DNA from: Candidatus Latescibacterota bacterium
Lineage (GTDB): Bacteria > Latescibacterota > UBA2968 > UBA8231
Direction of reading: 5' to 3'
DNA length: 64,000 nt
NCBI GenBank assembly: GCA_965203355.1
Contig: OZ241889.1
Span: 1,280,001 to 1,344,000 of the forward strand
The notes below the pieces were generated by a model, which made no database searches, was not told the DNA's origin, and was given only the letters and a program-made list of their open reading frames with translations. Both the position numbers and the translations under genes were made by a program. Each line of letters opens with the position of its first letter. Within the stretch, counting starts at the first letter, position 1. Below, piece by piece: positions 19,526 to 29,817 of the stretch.

Positions 19526-20665
19526 ATGAAGATCGCCAAGATTGAACAATTTTTCCCTCGCCCGCGCATGCGCTTGGTCAAAATGACTACGGACAACGGA
19601 ATAGTTGGCTGGGGCGAGACGACTCTCGAGGGCAAGCCCAAGAGTACTTGGGCAGCGGTCGAAGAGTTGGCCGAGTATTTCGTCGGCAAGGATCCGCTCC
19701 GCATTGAGCACCACTGGCAGCACGTCTATCGCTCGGCCTTTTTCCGCGGCGGCAATGTACTGATGAGCGCACTGGCGGGTATTGACCAGGCACTGTGGGA
19801 CATCGCCGGCAAGTACTACAACGTCCCCGCCTATATGCTTTTGGGCGGGGCGGTGCGCGACCGAATTCGCGTGTACGCTCACTGGGGAATTCGCGGCCAA
19901 AGCGACGACGCACTGGCCGCGGCGCGCAATCGGCTCGACATGCTGTTGGCCCAAGGCTATACGGCCTTTAAGGCCGGGCCGGGGGGCACGTGGCGCGCTC
20001 ACGAGCCTCCGGCGCGGATCGATGCCTTTGTCAAAGACGCCTATACCATGCGCGAATGGGTCGGCGACGAGGTAGAGTTGTGCTTTGACTTCCACGGCAA
20101 GATGACGCCGGGGCTAGCCATTGAGGTGTGTGGCCAGCTTGCGGGGATGCGGCCGATGTTCGTCGAAGAGCCGATTCCACAGGAGAATGTCGATGCGCTG
20201 AAGGAGGTTTCCGACCACGTGCCGTTTCCCATTGCCACGGGCGAGCGCTTGCTCTCGCGCTGGGAGTTCCGCGAGATTTTTGAAAAGCAGGCCGCGTCCT
20301 ACATCCAGCCCGATGGCTCGCACGCGGGCGGGATCACCGAACTGAAAAAGATCGCCAATATGGCCGAGGTTTATTACATCCACATCATGCCGCACTGTGC
20401 TATCGGCCCGGTGGCCTTTTCCGCCTGTATGCAGGTTGATGCGGCAGTGCCCAATTTCTTGGTGCAGGAACAGATTGACGCCGGGCTGGGCGAGGGGCTA
20501 CTCGTCGAGCCGTGGCAGGTAATTGACGGCCACGTCGAATTGCCGACCAAGCCGGGGCTGGGATTTGACCTGATCGCATCCGAGGTCGAAAAGACGATCG
20601 AATACTCAGAGGAACTGGGCGGCGAACTTTACTATGAAAACGACGGCAGCGTCGCGGATTGGTAG
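19526..20665 (+). CDS. dgoD: Galactonate dehydratase-like enolase-superfamily protein
   Basis: GWGE, DQALWDIAGK, DFHGK, EEP, ATGERL, QPD..HAGGI. Confidence 0.82.
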   Translation: MKIAKIEQFFPRPRMRLVKMTTDNGIVGWGETTLEGKPKSTWAAVEELAEYFVGKDPLRIEHHWQHVYRSAFFRGGNVLMSALAGIDQALWDIAGKYYNVPAYMLLGGAVRDRIRVYAHWGIRGQSDDALAAARNRLDMLLAQGYTAFKAGPGGTWRAHEPPARIDAFVKDAYTMREWVGDEVELCFDFHGKMTPGLAIEVCGQLAGMRPMFVEEPIPQENVDALKEVSDHVPFPIATGERLLSRWEFREIFEKQAASYIQPDGSHAGGITELKKIANMAEVYYIHIMPHCAIGPVAFSACMQVDAAVPNFLVQEQIDAGLGEGLLVEPWQVIDGHVELPTKPGLGFDLIASEVEKTIEYSEELGGELYYENDGSVADW

Positions 20666-20694
20666 TTATGCGTATCGTGAAACGTTGATAGGGC

Positions 20695-21615
20695 ATGGCC
20701 GACTTTGATATTGTTTCCAAGTATTTGGTGCATCACTACCCCGACGATTTCGCTCGCTTTGTCCTCGGGCGCGACCACGTGGAGGTCGTCGAAGTGATTG
20801 ACCCCGAGCAACTCACCGTTGAGGCGAGGCAGACCGATAGTGTGCTGCGGGTGCGATTGGGTGGCGACGAGGTCCTCGTCCACACCGAGTTTCAAGCCAC
20901 CGATAGTACGCAGCCGCCGATGGCGAGGCGGATGGTCGGCTACATCGGTCGAGCCGTTGAGCAACACGGCCTGCCGGTGGTCTCCAGCGTCATCTACCTG
21001 CGGCCGGGGGCCGGTCGGCGCGATCCAGGCCGTTATCTACAGGATCGTCCCGGCCATCGCATTTTGATAGAGTACCAGGTGATCCGGCTGAGCCAGCTAG
21101 ACGGCCATCGCATCCTCAAGTCGGGGCCTGTGGGATTGCTGCCGTTTGTACCGTTGATGCGGCCGACAGCGCAGCCAGCGGATTGGCTGCAGACCTGCGT
21201 CCGCGAGGTGCAGGTGCGGCCGCTGGATCGAGCGACGAAAGCCGATTGTCTCGCCGGCATGTCGCTGCTGAGCGGATTAGTGTATGCACGAGAAACCGTT
21301 TCTGCCATTTTTTTTAAGGAGGGCCTAATGGATATTATCCGCGAATCACCCGTTGCCCAATACCTGACCCAGCAAGGCATTGAGCAAGGTATTGAGCAAG
21401 GCATTGAGCAAGGCATTGAGCAAGGGGGCCGAGAACGCGCCATTGAAGATCTGCTCGACGTGTTGGAGGTTCGCTTTGCACTCAGCGCGGCGGATCCGTT
21501 GGCCGCTCGCATACGGGGTATTGAGGATTTGCAGCGTCTCAAGCAGTTGCATCGGGCGGCGATCCAAGTAGAAAGTCTGGGGGCATTCCAGCCCCTCCTA
21601 GACGCCGACGAATAG
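20695..21615 (+). CDS. Rpn-family recombination-promoting nuclease/putative transposase (PD-(D/E)XK)
   Basis: D..L...HTEFQ, MARRM, C-terminal (GIEQ)n repeats and helical tail. Confidence 0.85.
   Translation: MADFDIVSKYLVHHYPDDFARFVLGRDHVEVVEVIDPEQLTVEARQTDSVLRVRLGGDEVLVHTEFQATDSTQPPMARRMVGYIGRAVEQHGLPVVSSVIYLRPGAGRRDPGRYLQDRPGHRILIEYQVIRLSQLDGHRILKSGPVGLLPFVPLMRPTAQPADWLQTCVREVQVRPLDRATKADCLAGMSLLSGLVYARETVSAIFFKEGLMDIIRESPVAQYLTQQGIEQGIEQGIEQGIEQGGRERAIEDLLDVLEVRFALSAADPLAARIRGIEDLQRLKQLHRAAIQVESLGAFQPLLDADE
21371..21425 (+). repeat. Four-plus 12-bp tandem repeats (AGCAAGGCATTG) encoding QGIE
   Basis: Directly visible tandem array. Confidence 0.9.
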
Positions 21616-21655
21616 GGCCATCGCGTAATATCAGTGGAAGCCGCGGATTGATAAC

Positions 21656-22024
21656 ATGCGCCGCCGTGCGTTTGAAGAGTTGGTGGAAAAGGCACTTCTG
21701 CGCTTGCCTGAGGAGTGCCGCCGAGTGTTGGGCAACCTAGCCATCGTCGTCGAGGATTGGCCCGATCCCGAGTTGGTCGCAGAGATTACCGGTGATCCAG
21801 AAGAAGTGCTCTACGGGCTTTTCACGGGTACGCCTTTGCCCGAGCGCCGCCTCGAAGACAGCGGCGATCTGCCGCCGGTAATTGCGCTCTATCAGGGGCC
21901 TTTGGAGGAGGACTTCCCCGATTTAGGCGAATTGGCGCGAGAGGTGGAGACCACCTTGGTACACGAGCTAGCGCACTTTATGGGCTTTGACGAGGACGCA
22001 GTTAAAAAATACGGTTATGAATAG
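21656..22024 (+). CDS. Minimal zincin-like metallopeptidase (Zincin_1/DUF1025)
   Basis: LYGLFTG.P, TLVHELAHFMG, C-terminal GYE. Confidence 0.85.
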   Translation: MRRRAFEELVEKALLRLPEECRRVLGNLAIVVEDWPDPELVAEITGDPEEVLYGLFTGTPLPERRLEDSGDLPPVIALYQGPLEEDFPDLGELAREVETTLVHELAHFMGFDEDAVKKYGYE

Positions 22025-22964
22025 CATGGGCTTGCAAAAGGCCCTCGACGGGCGCGAGTTAGACGCCTTGGCAACTCTGCTGCGCCAGCACCCTCATCTG
22101 GTACACCACCGAGTCGAATGCGCGCACGGGCAGAGCTGTACCCCCTTGCAGTACGCCGACCGCATCGCCGCTGGCTTGGACGTCATGCGCCTGTTGGTCG
22201 AATGCGGTGCCGATAGGAGCGAATTGAACGGAGCACTCTTTGGGTGTTGTGAAAACCACAATCTAGACCACATGCAGCGCCTATTGAAGCTGGGCGTCCA
22301 CCCCGACGACGCGTACAACGAAGGCTGGGACTGCCGCGTCCTCTACGGGTTTTTGCAGACGTATCACCGCTCGCCTCCTGCCCATCTGCATGTCTGCATC
22401 GAAGCACTCATCGCAGCGGGGGCGACCTTTGAGGACGGGCCGACGATGGACATTCACCGAGGGCGCCTCGACCAACTGGAGCAGCGCCTCGATAGCTGCC
22501 CAGACCTAGTTGAGGCGCGCTTCTGGCTCGACTATGGCGACCATCTCACGCTGCGGGGCGTCACCCTCCTGCACGTGGCGGTCGAATATCGCGAACTGGA
22601 TGCGGTGAACCTGCTGCTGAGGCGCGGTGCCGACTTGAATGCCCGCGCCGCGGTCGGCCGCAACGGCGTGGGCGGTCAGACGCCCCTCTTCCACGCCATT
22701 GGTGCCAATCAAGGAACGGGTTGGGAGACCTTCGAGTGCCTGTTGGACCAAGGAGCGGATTTGACGGTTAGAGCACGCATCCAGCGCAACCCGGCGGCTG
22801 ACGACAAGGTGATGGACTGCATCCACAAGGGGCGGGACCACTTTTTCCCCGAAGTTGAAGAACTAACGCCACTCGGCTATGCCCTGCGCCACGAATCTGG
22901 CCCAGCTTGGCGCGCCACCCCGTGCGAAGTGGCCCGGCTGCGAGCACTACAGGCCCCGGTGTAA
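22017..22964 (+). CDS. Ankyrin-repeat protein
   Basis: TPLQYA, TLLHVAV..LL..GADLNA, GQTPLFHA, TPLGYA. Confidence 0.85.
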   Translation: MNSMGLQKALDGRELDALATLLRQHPHLVHHRVECAHGQSCTPLQYADRIAAGLDVMRLLVECGADRSELNGALFGCCENHNLDHMQRLLKLGVHPDDAYNEGWDCRVLYGFLQTYHRSPPAHLHVCIEALIAAGATFEDGPTMDIHRGRLDQLEQRLDSCPDLVEARFWLDYGDHLTLRGVTLLHVAVEYRELDAVNLLLRRGADLNARAAVGRNGVGGQTPLFHAIGANQGTGWETFECLLDQGADLTVRARIQRNPAADDKVMDCIHKGRDHFFPEVEELTPLGYALRHESGPAWRATPCEVARLRALQAPV

Positions 22965-23054
22965 CTTCGCCGCGCCTAGGCGGTTGCCTCTATCGGGGAT
23001 ATGGTTTAATTTTTTTAAACTTCGCAACACACATTTATCCAAGTAGCTTTTCCC

Positions 23055-24767
23055 GTGAATGCACCTAACCACGACATACTGATCGTAGGCGGTGGTGGTG
23101 CGGGTCTGCGGGCGGCAATTGCTGCTGTCGAGCTCGATCCGAACCTCAGCGTTGGCTTAGTATCCAAAGTGTACCCGATGCGCAGCCACACGGTGTCAGC
23201 CGAGGGCGGCTCCGCAGCGGTGATACGCGACGAAGACGACAGCTTCGACTCCCATGCCTTCGACACCATCAAGGGCAGCGACTTTCTCGCCGACCAAGAC
23301 GTAGTCGAGGTCTTCGTCAAGGAAGCCCGCGACGAGTTGATTCAATTGGAGCATTGGGGCTGTCCTTGGAGCCGCGACGACGATGGGCGGATTAGCGTGC
23401 GTGCTTTCGGTGGCATGTCGGTCAAGCGCACCCTGTACGCGGCCGACAAGACCGGCTTCCACATGTTGCACGCTCTTTTCCAGACCTCGCTCAAATACGA
23501 TCGCATCCATCGCTACGACGAGTGGTTTGGGACGCGGCTGCTGATCGACGACAACGGCGCGGCCTGCGGCGTGGCAGCGATCAACATGCGCTCCGGTGCC
23601 ATGCAGGCCATTCCCGCCAAGGCCGTGATCATCTGCACGGGCGGCGGCGGGCGCATTTTTCCCTTTACGACCAATGCCGCCATCAAGACTGGCGACGGCA
23701 TGTCCATGGCCTACCGAGCGGGCTGTCCTCTCAAAGACATGGAATTTGTCCAGTACCATCCCACCGGGTTGCCGGGCACGGGCATCCTGATGACTGAGGC
23801 ATCGCGCGGCGAAGGGGGGCACCTGATCAACAACAAAGGCGACCGCTACCTCAGCGAATACCTGCCCGACAAGATGGAGTTAGGCCCGCGCGACATGGTT
23901 TCACGGGCATTCGTCCACGAGGAGCGCGCCGGGCGGGTCTTTTCCGGCCCGTATGGCACCTACGTCCATCTTGATTTGCGGCACTTGGGCGAAAAGAAAA
24001 TCGACGAGCGCATCCCCTTCGTGCGCGAGCTGACCAAAAACTACGTGGGCCTTGACCCGGTGTACGAGCCAGTGCCCGTGCGTCCGGTGGTCCACTACAT
24101 GATGGGCGGCATTCACACCGACATTACTACGGCGACGCCAATCCCGGGCTTGTACGCGGCCGGGGAGACGGCCTGTGTCACCATCAACGGAGCCAATCGC
24201 CTCGGATCCAACTCGCTGTCCGAGCTTTTGGTCTTCGGTGCGCGGGCTGGTCGCTACGCCGCGGAGTACGCCGCGGAGGTCAATTCACCATCGTACGACA
24301 GCTTGGAGAAGATGGCTGCCGACGAGTGGCAGCGGATTAAACAGGCGTTTTTCAAAAAAGAGGGCAGCGAGCGCATCGCCGACATTCGCTCGGATCTGCA
24401 GAAGACGATGGAGCAAGGGGCGGGCATCTACCGCGAACAGGAGAGCCTAGAGGCGACCCGCGCCGAACTGCCCAAGCTCAAGGAACGCTACGCGCGCGTC
24501 CAAGTTGACGATAGCTCGTCGGTCTTCAACACCGAACTGACGGCCGCGTTGGAGTTAGGCTCGCTGCTCGACGTGGCCGAGACCGTGGCCCATTCGGCGC
24601 TGCTGCGCCGAGAGTCGCGCGGTTCGCATTCGCGCCTAGACTACGAAGCGCGCGACGACGAAAACTTTCTCTGCCACTCCTTGGCCTATCGCACCGATGG
24701 CGAGCCGCGCATTGAATACCAAGATGTCGTCATCACTCGCTGGCAGCCCCAAGAGCGCACCTACTGA
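23055..24767 (+). CDS. frdA: Fumarate reductase/succinate dehydrogenase flavoprotein subunit
   Basis: [17 protein letters not shown] (covalent FAD His), [30 protein letters not shown]. Confidence 0.95.
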   Translation: MNAPNHDILIVGGGGAGLRAAIAAVELDPNLSVGLVSKVYPMRSHTVSAEGGSAAVIRDEDDSFDSHAFDTIKGSDFLADQDVVEVFVKEARDELIQLEHWGCPWSRDDDGRISVRAFGGMSVKRTLYAADKTGFHMLHALFQTSLKYDRIHRYDEWFGTRLLIDDNGAACGVAAINMRSGAMQAIPAKAVIICTGGGGRIFPFTTNAAIKTGDGMSMAYRAGCPLKDMEFVQYHPTGLPGTGILMTEASRGEGGHLINNKGDRYLSEYLPDKMELGPRDMVSRAFVHEERAGRVFSGPYGTYVHLDLRHLGEKKIDERIPFVRELTKNYVGLDPVYEPVPVRPVVHYMMGGIHTDITTATPIPGLYAAGETACVTINGANRLGSNSLSELLVFGARAGRYAAEYAAEVNSPSYDSLEKMAADEWQRIKQAFFKKEGSERIADIRSDLQKTMEQGAGIYREQESLEATRAELPKLKERYARVQVDDSSSVFNTELTAALELGSLLDVAETVAHSALLRRESRGSHSRLDYEARDDENFLCHSLAYRTDGEPRIEYQDVVITRWQPQERTY

Positions 24768-24779
24768 TTGAGAGGAGCT

Positions 24780-25526
24780 ATGAGCGATAAGACCATTGGC
24801 ATCCGGGTGACCCGCTTTCGGCCCGAGCAGGAGGACGCACCCACCGAGCAAGTGTACGAGGTTCCCTATCAGGAGGACTGGGTTGTCCTCGACGCGCTCA
24901 ACTACATCAAAGACCACATTGACGGCACCCTTTCGTACCGCTGGTCTTGTCGCATGGGCGTGTGCGGCTCTTGCGGTATGATGGTCAACGGCGAGCCTAA
25001 GTTGACTTGCGCGGCTTTTCTCAAGGACTACTACCCGAATGAACTGGTGGTCCAGCCACTCGCCCACTTTCCCATCATCCGCGACTTGGTCGTCGATATA
25101 GACGATTTCATGGACAAGCTCAAGGCGGTCCAGCCGTGGATCATTCGCACGGAAGAAAAGCCGGTCGCCGAAGGCGAATACTTACAATCTCCTGCGGAGC
25201 TAAAGGAGTTCAAGCAGTTTAGTCAGTGTATCAACTGCCTGTTGTGCTACGCGGCTTGTCCCGTCTATGGTTTAGAAGACGTCTTCGTCGGCCCCGCGGC
25301 CCTCGCACTGTCCTACCGCTACAACCTTGATTCGCGCGACGAAGGCTATGCCCAACGCACGGTCGTCGCCGCTAGCAGCGAGGGCATCTGGGAATGCACC
25401 TTTATCGGTGAATGCTCGGTCGTATGTCCCAAGGACGTGGATCCAGCCGCCGCCATCCAGCGCACCAAAGTCGAGACCACGACTAACTGGTTCAAATCCT
25501 TTCTCATGCCTTGGGGGAACAAATGA
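24780..25526 (+). CDS. frdB: Fumarate reductase iron-sulfur subunit
   Basis: [34 protein letters not shown]. Confidence 0.95.
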   Translation: MSDKTIGIRVTRFRPEQEDAPTEQVYEVPYQEDWVVLDALNYIKDHIDGTLSYRWSCRMGVCGSCGMMVNGEPKLTCAAFLKDYYPNELVVQPLAHFPIIRDLVVDIDDFMDKLKAVQPWIIRTEEKPVAEGEYLQSPAELKEFKQFSQCINCLLCYAACPVYGLEDVFVGPAALALSYRYNLDSRDEGYAQRTVVAASSEGIWECTFIGECSVVCPKDVDPAAAIQRTKVETTTNWFKSFLMPWGNK

Positions 25527-25927
25527 GCCAGTCATACGAAACCTACAAGCCAAAGCTATCGCCGACTTGGTGGCTGAAAAATCGCAACTACTTCCTATTT
25601 ATGATGCGCGAATTGAGCAGCGTCTTCATAGCGGCCTTCGTCCTCCTTTTTCTTTACCAGCTCTTTGCGCTGGCCAGTGGGGAGAATGCGTATGCAGCTT
25701 GCCGCGCCAAACTGACGACGCCGGCGTTTGTGGCTTTTTACGCGGTGGCATTCGTCTTTGCGCTCTACCACACGATCACTTGGCTGGGGGTAATGGGTCG
25801 AGTCCAAGTCGTGCGGATGGGCGCGTTTACCGTGCCGCCCAAGTTGGTAACGGCTGGTGCCTTCGTCGGGTTTTTCGTCGTGTCAGCGGCCGTCGGCTGC
25901 ATTTTCCTGTATGTGCTATCGCCATGA
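25523..25927 (+). CDS. frdC: Fumarate reductase membrane anchor subunit C
   Basis: TWW...Y..FMMRE, LYHTITW; three TM helices; ATGA overlap with frdB. Confidence 0.85.
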   Translation: MSQSYETYKPKLSPTWWLKNRNYFLFMMRELSSVFIAAFVLLFLYQLFALASGENAYAACRAKLTTPAFVAFYAVAFVFALYHTITWLGVMGRVQVVRMGAFTVPPKLVTAGAFVGFFVVSAAVGCIFLYVLSP

Positions 25928-26289
25928 TGAGCTACAAACAAGACAAAACCGAACCTTTCTGGTGGGGCCTGTTTTCCGCTGGTGGCGTGGTAGCCGCCAT
26001 GCTGATCCCCGTGCTGATCTACTTCGTCGGACTGGCCGAGCCGCTGGGCTTGATCGGCGCGGAAGTGAGTCAATACGAGGCCATGCGCGAGTTGCTCAGC
26101 CACCCGCTGGCTAGGGTGTTATTTTTCGTCGTGGCCGTCCTACCGCTCTACCACGCAGCACACCGCATCCGCTTCATGCTCCACGAATTTGGGCTGCGGA
26201 AGTTGATCCTTCCCATTCACTACTTATGCTACGGCGGTGCCATAGTCGGCACTGGACTGGCGGCTTACCTCCTCTTTTATCGGCTCTAA
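25924..26289 (+). CDS. frdD: Fumarate reductase membrane anchor subunit D
   Basis: EPFWWGLFSAGG, HAAHRI, CYGGA. Confidence 0.88.
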   Translation: MMSYKQDKTEPFWWGLFSAGGVVAAMLIPVLIYFVGLAEPLGLIGAEVSQYEAMRELLSHPLARVLFFVVAVLPLYHAAHRIRFMLHEFGLRKLILPIHYLCYGGAIVGTGLAAYLLFYRL

Positions 26290-26301
26290 TCGTCGGCCCC
26301 G

Positions 26302-27447
26302 ATGGGTGCAATGAAACCGACGCTGCAATCGCGCATCCGCGGCTCGGTGCTCGCCGCGGCTTGGGGAGACGCCTTGGGTGCGCCGTTTGAGTTCGCGCCG
26401 CCAGACGCCGTTGAAAAGCGCACGGGTAAGAAGTGGCTGGCACGGCTTCATCCATGCACCGGGAAAAAGGGGCCGCATGGGATGTGGGTGGACGAAGCTC
26501 CAGTGGGTACGGGCACTGACGATGTGCGCTACAATTATCTCTTTATGGAACTGGCTGTCGAATTAGGGAGGATGCCAAGGGATCGGGAAGTGGCGCGGCG
26601 CTTGTTGGACGTGTATGAGCGGCCCGAAGTTTTTTTCCCCAGCAATGCCGAACTGGCGCGCGAGCAGTTTGATCTGTGGGAAGGGGTTAGCCGCGGCTGT
26701 CTGGGGGAGAAGTCGCCGCGTTACCCGGGAGTGCCACCGGCGGTGCTCGCCACGCGGAGCATCGGACTCAACTATCCCACGCTGGCTGGGCTGTTAGTGT
26801 TGCCAGCGGCCGGCCTGCTCTTTCCCGGCGATCCCGCCGAAGCCTATCGCGCTGCTTATGAGGCGGATTTTTTTGCGATTGGCTACGCCCGTGAGGCCAC
26901 CGCGCTATTGGCGGCGGCGCAAGGTGCGGCATTGGCCGATATGTCGCCGCCGACATTGGTCGACGTCGTATTGGCGCTGGACCCGCTATACTTGGGAGGA
27001 TATTTCGGGGACGCTTTCATCCGGCAGAAACTGCCGCCGCTACTGGCGAGAGCCGCCGGTAAAAGAGCCGAGCAATTGGCCGAGTTCCTTGCGTGGGAAC
27101 TGCGCCATTTCAGCGTCTTCGATCCCTTCCGGGCGTTGGCCATTGCCTTTGCCGCGCTCTTGTCCCATTCCGATGACCCGTCCCTCGCGTTGCAAGTGGC
27201 GGCCAACCAAGGTGATCTCGACGAGGAAGGGCACTGGAGCCGCTACGCGGATATCGACTGCTATGCCGGGATTACCGGGGCACTAGTAGGGGCTTGTTGC
27301 GGCGACAATGCGCTGCCAGCAGACGTGGTCGGACAGGTCGTCGCGGGAAACAAGGCCGTGTACGGATTTGACTTGGAGGCGACGATTGCGCGTTTCGCGC
27401 GCTTAGTGGTCGCAAAGCAAGAAAAGGAAGAACGCCAATGCCCATAG
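26302..27447 (+). CDS. ADP-ribosylglycohydrolase-family protein
   Basis: GDALGAPFE, GTDD, DIDC..ITGALVGA. Confidence 0.85.
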   Translation: MGAMKPTLQSRIRGSVLAAAWGDALGAPFEFAPPDAVEKRTGKKWLARLHPCTGKKGPHGMWVDEAPVGTGTDDVRYNYLFMELAVELGRMPRDREVARRLLDVYERPEVFFPSNAELAREQFDLWEGVSRGCLGEKSPRYPGVPPAVLATRSIGLNYPTLAGLLVLPAAGLLFPGDPAEAYRAAYEADFFAIGYAREATALLAAAQGAALADMSPPTLVDVVLALDPLYLGGYFGDAFIRQKLPPLLARAAGKRAEQLAEFLAWELRHFSVFDPFRALAIAFAALLSHSDDPSLALQVAANQGDLDEEGHWSRYADIDCYAGITGALVGACCGDNALPADVVGQVVAGNKAVYGFDLEATIARFARLVVAKQEKEERQCP

Positions 27448-27860
27448 GAGACAAAAACGCCATAATCGCCGGCTGCGGAATGCATCACGTGGCCGTGCAG
27501 ACGCGCGATTGGGAAACGTCGCTGAGCTTTTATCGAGATGTGCTGGGGATGGAGGTGGTCGCCGAATTTGGCTCTCCTGAGCGCAAGATCGCGCTCTTGG
27601 ATGCAGGCGACGGAAGCCACCTTGAGCTCTTCGCCCCCACGGCTGAGTCGCCCGCACCTGGAGCCGAAAGCCCTAACGATCCGGTGACGCATTTTGCCTT
27701 GGCGGTTACAGATGCGTACGCCGCCACTGAGCGGGTGCGAGCGGCCGGATGCGAGATCACGGTTGAACCCAAGGAACTGACGCTGGACAGGCTGAACGTG
27801 ACGATTGCCTTTTTCAAAGGCCCCAATGGCGAAGTCGTGGAGTTTTTCCAGACTCGCTAG
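27438..27860 (+). CDS. VOC/glyoxalase-family protein
   Basis: HHVAV, FYRDVLG, HFAL, GPNGEVVEF. Confidence 0.9.
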   Translation: MPIGDKNAIIAGCGMHHVAVQTRDWETSLSFYRDVLGMEVVAEFGSPERKIALLDAGDGSHLELFAPTAESPAPGAESPNDPVTHFALAVTDAYAATERVRAAGCEITVEPKELTLDRLNVTIAFFKGPNGEVVEFFQTR

Positions 27861-27873
27861 GCTGGGTTGGCAT

Positions 27874-27907
27874 AAAAAAGCGCAGGCCCCCGGGGGCCTG
27901 CGCTTTT
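27874..27907. terminator. Bidirectional intrinsic terminator between the VOC gene and cspA
   Basis: AAAAAAGCGCAGGCCCCCGGGGGCCTGCGCTTTT. Confidence 0.85.
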
Positions 27908-27926
27908 CGCGTTTGTCTGGTAGGGA

Positions 27927-28166
27927 TTATTGCGGAGTTTCGGTTTGGGGGGCTGCTCCGATGATGACTACGTCTCGGGCTTGCAGGCCCTTGGGGCTAG
28001 CGACCGTTTCAAATTCCACCTGCTGACCTTCTTCTAGAGAGCGGAAACCATCGCCGCGAATCGCGCTGTAGTGGACGAAGACGTCGTCTTGTCCTTCGCG
28101 CTGAATAAAACCAAACCCCTTGGAACTATCGAACCATTTGACGGATCCACTTTGACGTTCGGACAT
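27927..28166 (-). CDS. cspA: Cold-shock protein
   Basis: [21 protein letters not shown]. Confidence 0.93.
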   Translation of the reverse strand: MSERQSGSVKWFDSSKGFGFIQREGQDDVFVHYSAIRGDGFRSLEEGQQVEFETVASPKGLQARDVVIIGAAPQTETPQ

Positions 28167-28252
28167 GATGAAGGTTACCTCCCTTCGATTGCTAATGGCG
28201 TTGAACTGAGCGTTCCAAACTGGGCTTAAGGCAGAGTTGCTTGTAAAAAGAC

Positions 28253-28510
28253 CTAGCGCGAACTACGCCGGCCAGGCCGGCCCGTGCTGCGTGCGCCGAA
28301 GGCAAAGCCGGCCTCGGCCATGCGAATGGCCTTTTGCTGTCGGCGGATGCTCTTTTGGCGGTTGATCTTTTTTTGGACCGAGGGTTTAGTATAGAAACGC
28401 CGCTTTTTTAAGTCGCGCAACAAGCCGGTTTTGCGGGTTTTGGACGTAAAGCGCCGTAGTGCTTTTTCAAAGGGTTCGTCCGCTCGGACCTCGACGCTGA
28501 AATTGCTCAT
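28253..28510 (-). CDS. rpsU: 30S ribosomal protein S21
   Basis: [18 protein letters not shown]. Confidence 0.9.
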   Translation of the reverse strand: MSNFSVEVRADEPFEKALRRFTSKTRKTGLLRDLKKRRFYTKPSVQKKINRQKSIRRQQKAIRMAEAGFAFGARSTGRPGRRSSR

Positions 28511-28558
28511 ATGCTGCTCCTAACTCTTGGCCTTTAAGTGCCTGCCTAAGAAAAACAT

Positions 28559-28587
28559 ATTTTACGCTATGGGTGGCTCTTAGTCAA
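28559..28587 (-). promoter_or_regulatory. sigma70-type promoter for rpsU-cspA
   Basis: TTGACT-17 bp-TAAAAT on the minus strand. Confidence 0.7.
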
Positions 28588-28761
28588 GAGCGGTCTTGCC
28601 AGCCGCGCTGAGCCAAGGCGATTACAAAATAGTTGCGATTTTGGCCAGATAGCCTTTTTTTGTAATTCGTAAAAAGACTCCCCTACTTTAGAGAGAAGTC
28701 GCGCTTCGTCGTTCGACTTCCATACTCCATACTTCCTCTATCTCGCACGTAAGGAGATGCC

Positions 28762-28959
28762 ATGGCTTTTTCGCATACGAATTCCAAGGGGGTCGCGTAC
28801 ATTCTGCATTCCCGGACCACGACCCTCAAAAACGGGAACTCGCAGACGATTTACTTTTTTTCTAAAACTGAAAAGGAAGGGGCGCTCGACGCCGTGCCGG
28901 ACGGCTATGCGGTGTCTGAGAGCAAAAACGGCCTACCCGTGCTGAAGCGCAGTAAGTAA
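28762..28959 (+). CDS. Small conserved hypothetical protein
   Basis: AAGGAG RBS; TNSKG..Y.LH...QTIYFF...GLPVLK pattern; followed by a terminator. Confidence 0.75.
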   Translation: MAFSHTNSKGVAYILHSRTTTLKNGNSQTIYFFSKTEKEGALDAVPDGYAVSESKNGLPVLKRSK

Positions 28960-28982
28960 GTCGCCTCGGCGGTACCTCGTTC

Positions 28983-29036
28983 AGACCGGTTCTTTTTCTT
29001 AGTATTCCCCAAAAAGAAAAGGGACCGGTCTTTTTT
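28983..29036 (+). terminator. Intrinsic terminator
   Basis: AGACCGGTTCTTTTTCTT...AAGAAAAGGGACCGGTCT followed by T-tract. Confidence 0.7.
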
Positions 29037-29097
29037 ATGCCCAAAAGGGGCTGCGGTCGCGCTTTTGTCGAGCGTAGCGTTGTCCTATACTATGGGC

Positions 29098-29817
29098 ATG
29101 ATGCCAAAAACAGTAAGCGAACAGGCTGCGGTCAACTTGCAGCAACGGCTGGCCGAAAACCCCTACGTAGGCCGCGGCATTGTCATTGGGCGGGCTGTGG
29201 AGGGGACTTGGATGCAGGTTTACTGGATCGCAGGGCGAAGTGCCAACAGCCGCAACCGCATCTTCGTCGTCGAAGGCGACGTATTGCGAACTGAAGCAGC
29301 CGATCCCGCGAAGTTGAGCGACCCCACGCTCATTATTTACAACGCTATGCGAGTTTGCGCTCGGCGCAGTATTGTCTCCAACGGGGTCCATACCGACGCC
29401 ATATACGCGGGTTTTAACGCTGGCCGCAATTTTGCCGAGAGCTTGGCTGGCTGGCTACACGAGCCGGACCCGCCTAACTACACACCACGCATAGCGGGTT
29501 ATGTCGATGTGGAGGCCGATGAGGCTTGGCTCGCCATCCTCAAGGCTAGCCCTTTTAACCCCGAGCGCAGCGAACGCCACTTCTTCCGCTTTGACTGCGT
29601 CGAGCCGGGCTACGGTTACGCCATCACTACGTACGACTCAGACGGCGAGCCGCTGCCCTCATTTTCTGGAGTTCCCTACCTATTGCCCCTCACCGCCGCG
29701 CCTACTCGTCTCTGGGAAGCCTTAAGCCCCGATCACCGGATCGCACTTGCAGTGCGCCGCATCGCAGCCGATGGCGCAGTCGAAACCAAGATCATCAACC
29801 GCTATGAGGCGGTATAG
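29098..29817 (+). CDS. IMP cyclohydrolase-like (PurO-like Ntn hydrolase fold) protein
   Basis: NPYVGRGI, GRSANSRNR, LIIYN, VSNGVHTD, EPDPPNYTPRI. Confidence 0.85.
   Translation: MMPKTVSEQAAVNLQQRLAENPYVGRGIVIGRAVEGTWMQVYWIAGRSANSRNRIFVVEGDVLRTEAADPAKLSDPTLIIYNAMRVCARRSIVSNGVHTDAIYAGFNAGRNFAESLAGWLHEPDPPNYTPRIAGYVDVEADEAWLAILKASPFNPERSERHFFRFDCVEPGYGYAITTYDSDGEPLPSFSGVPYLLPLTAAPTRLWEALSPDHRIALAVRRIAADGAVETKIINRYEAV

Noticed and set aside
20695-21615. Calling the Rpn gene an IS element
   Set aside because: No terminal inverted repeats or target duplication seen; Rpn proteins are not established transposases
25327-25923. Long N-terminal extension of the 320-aa ORF ending in FrdD
   Set aside because: Overlaps frdB and frdC in other frames; FrdD starts at the ATG overlapping the frdC stop
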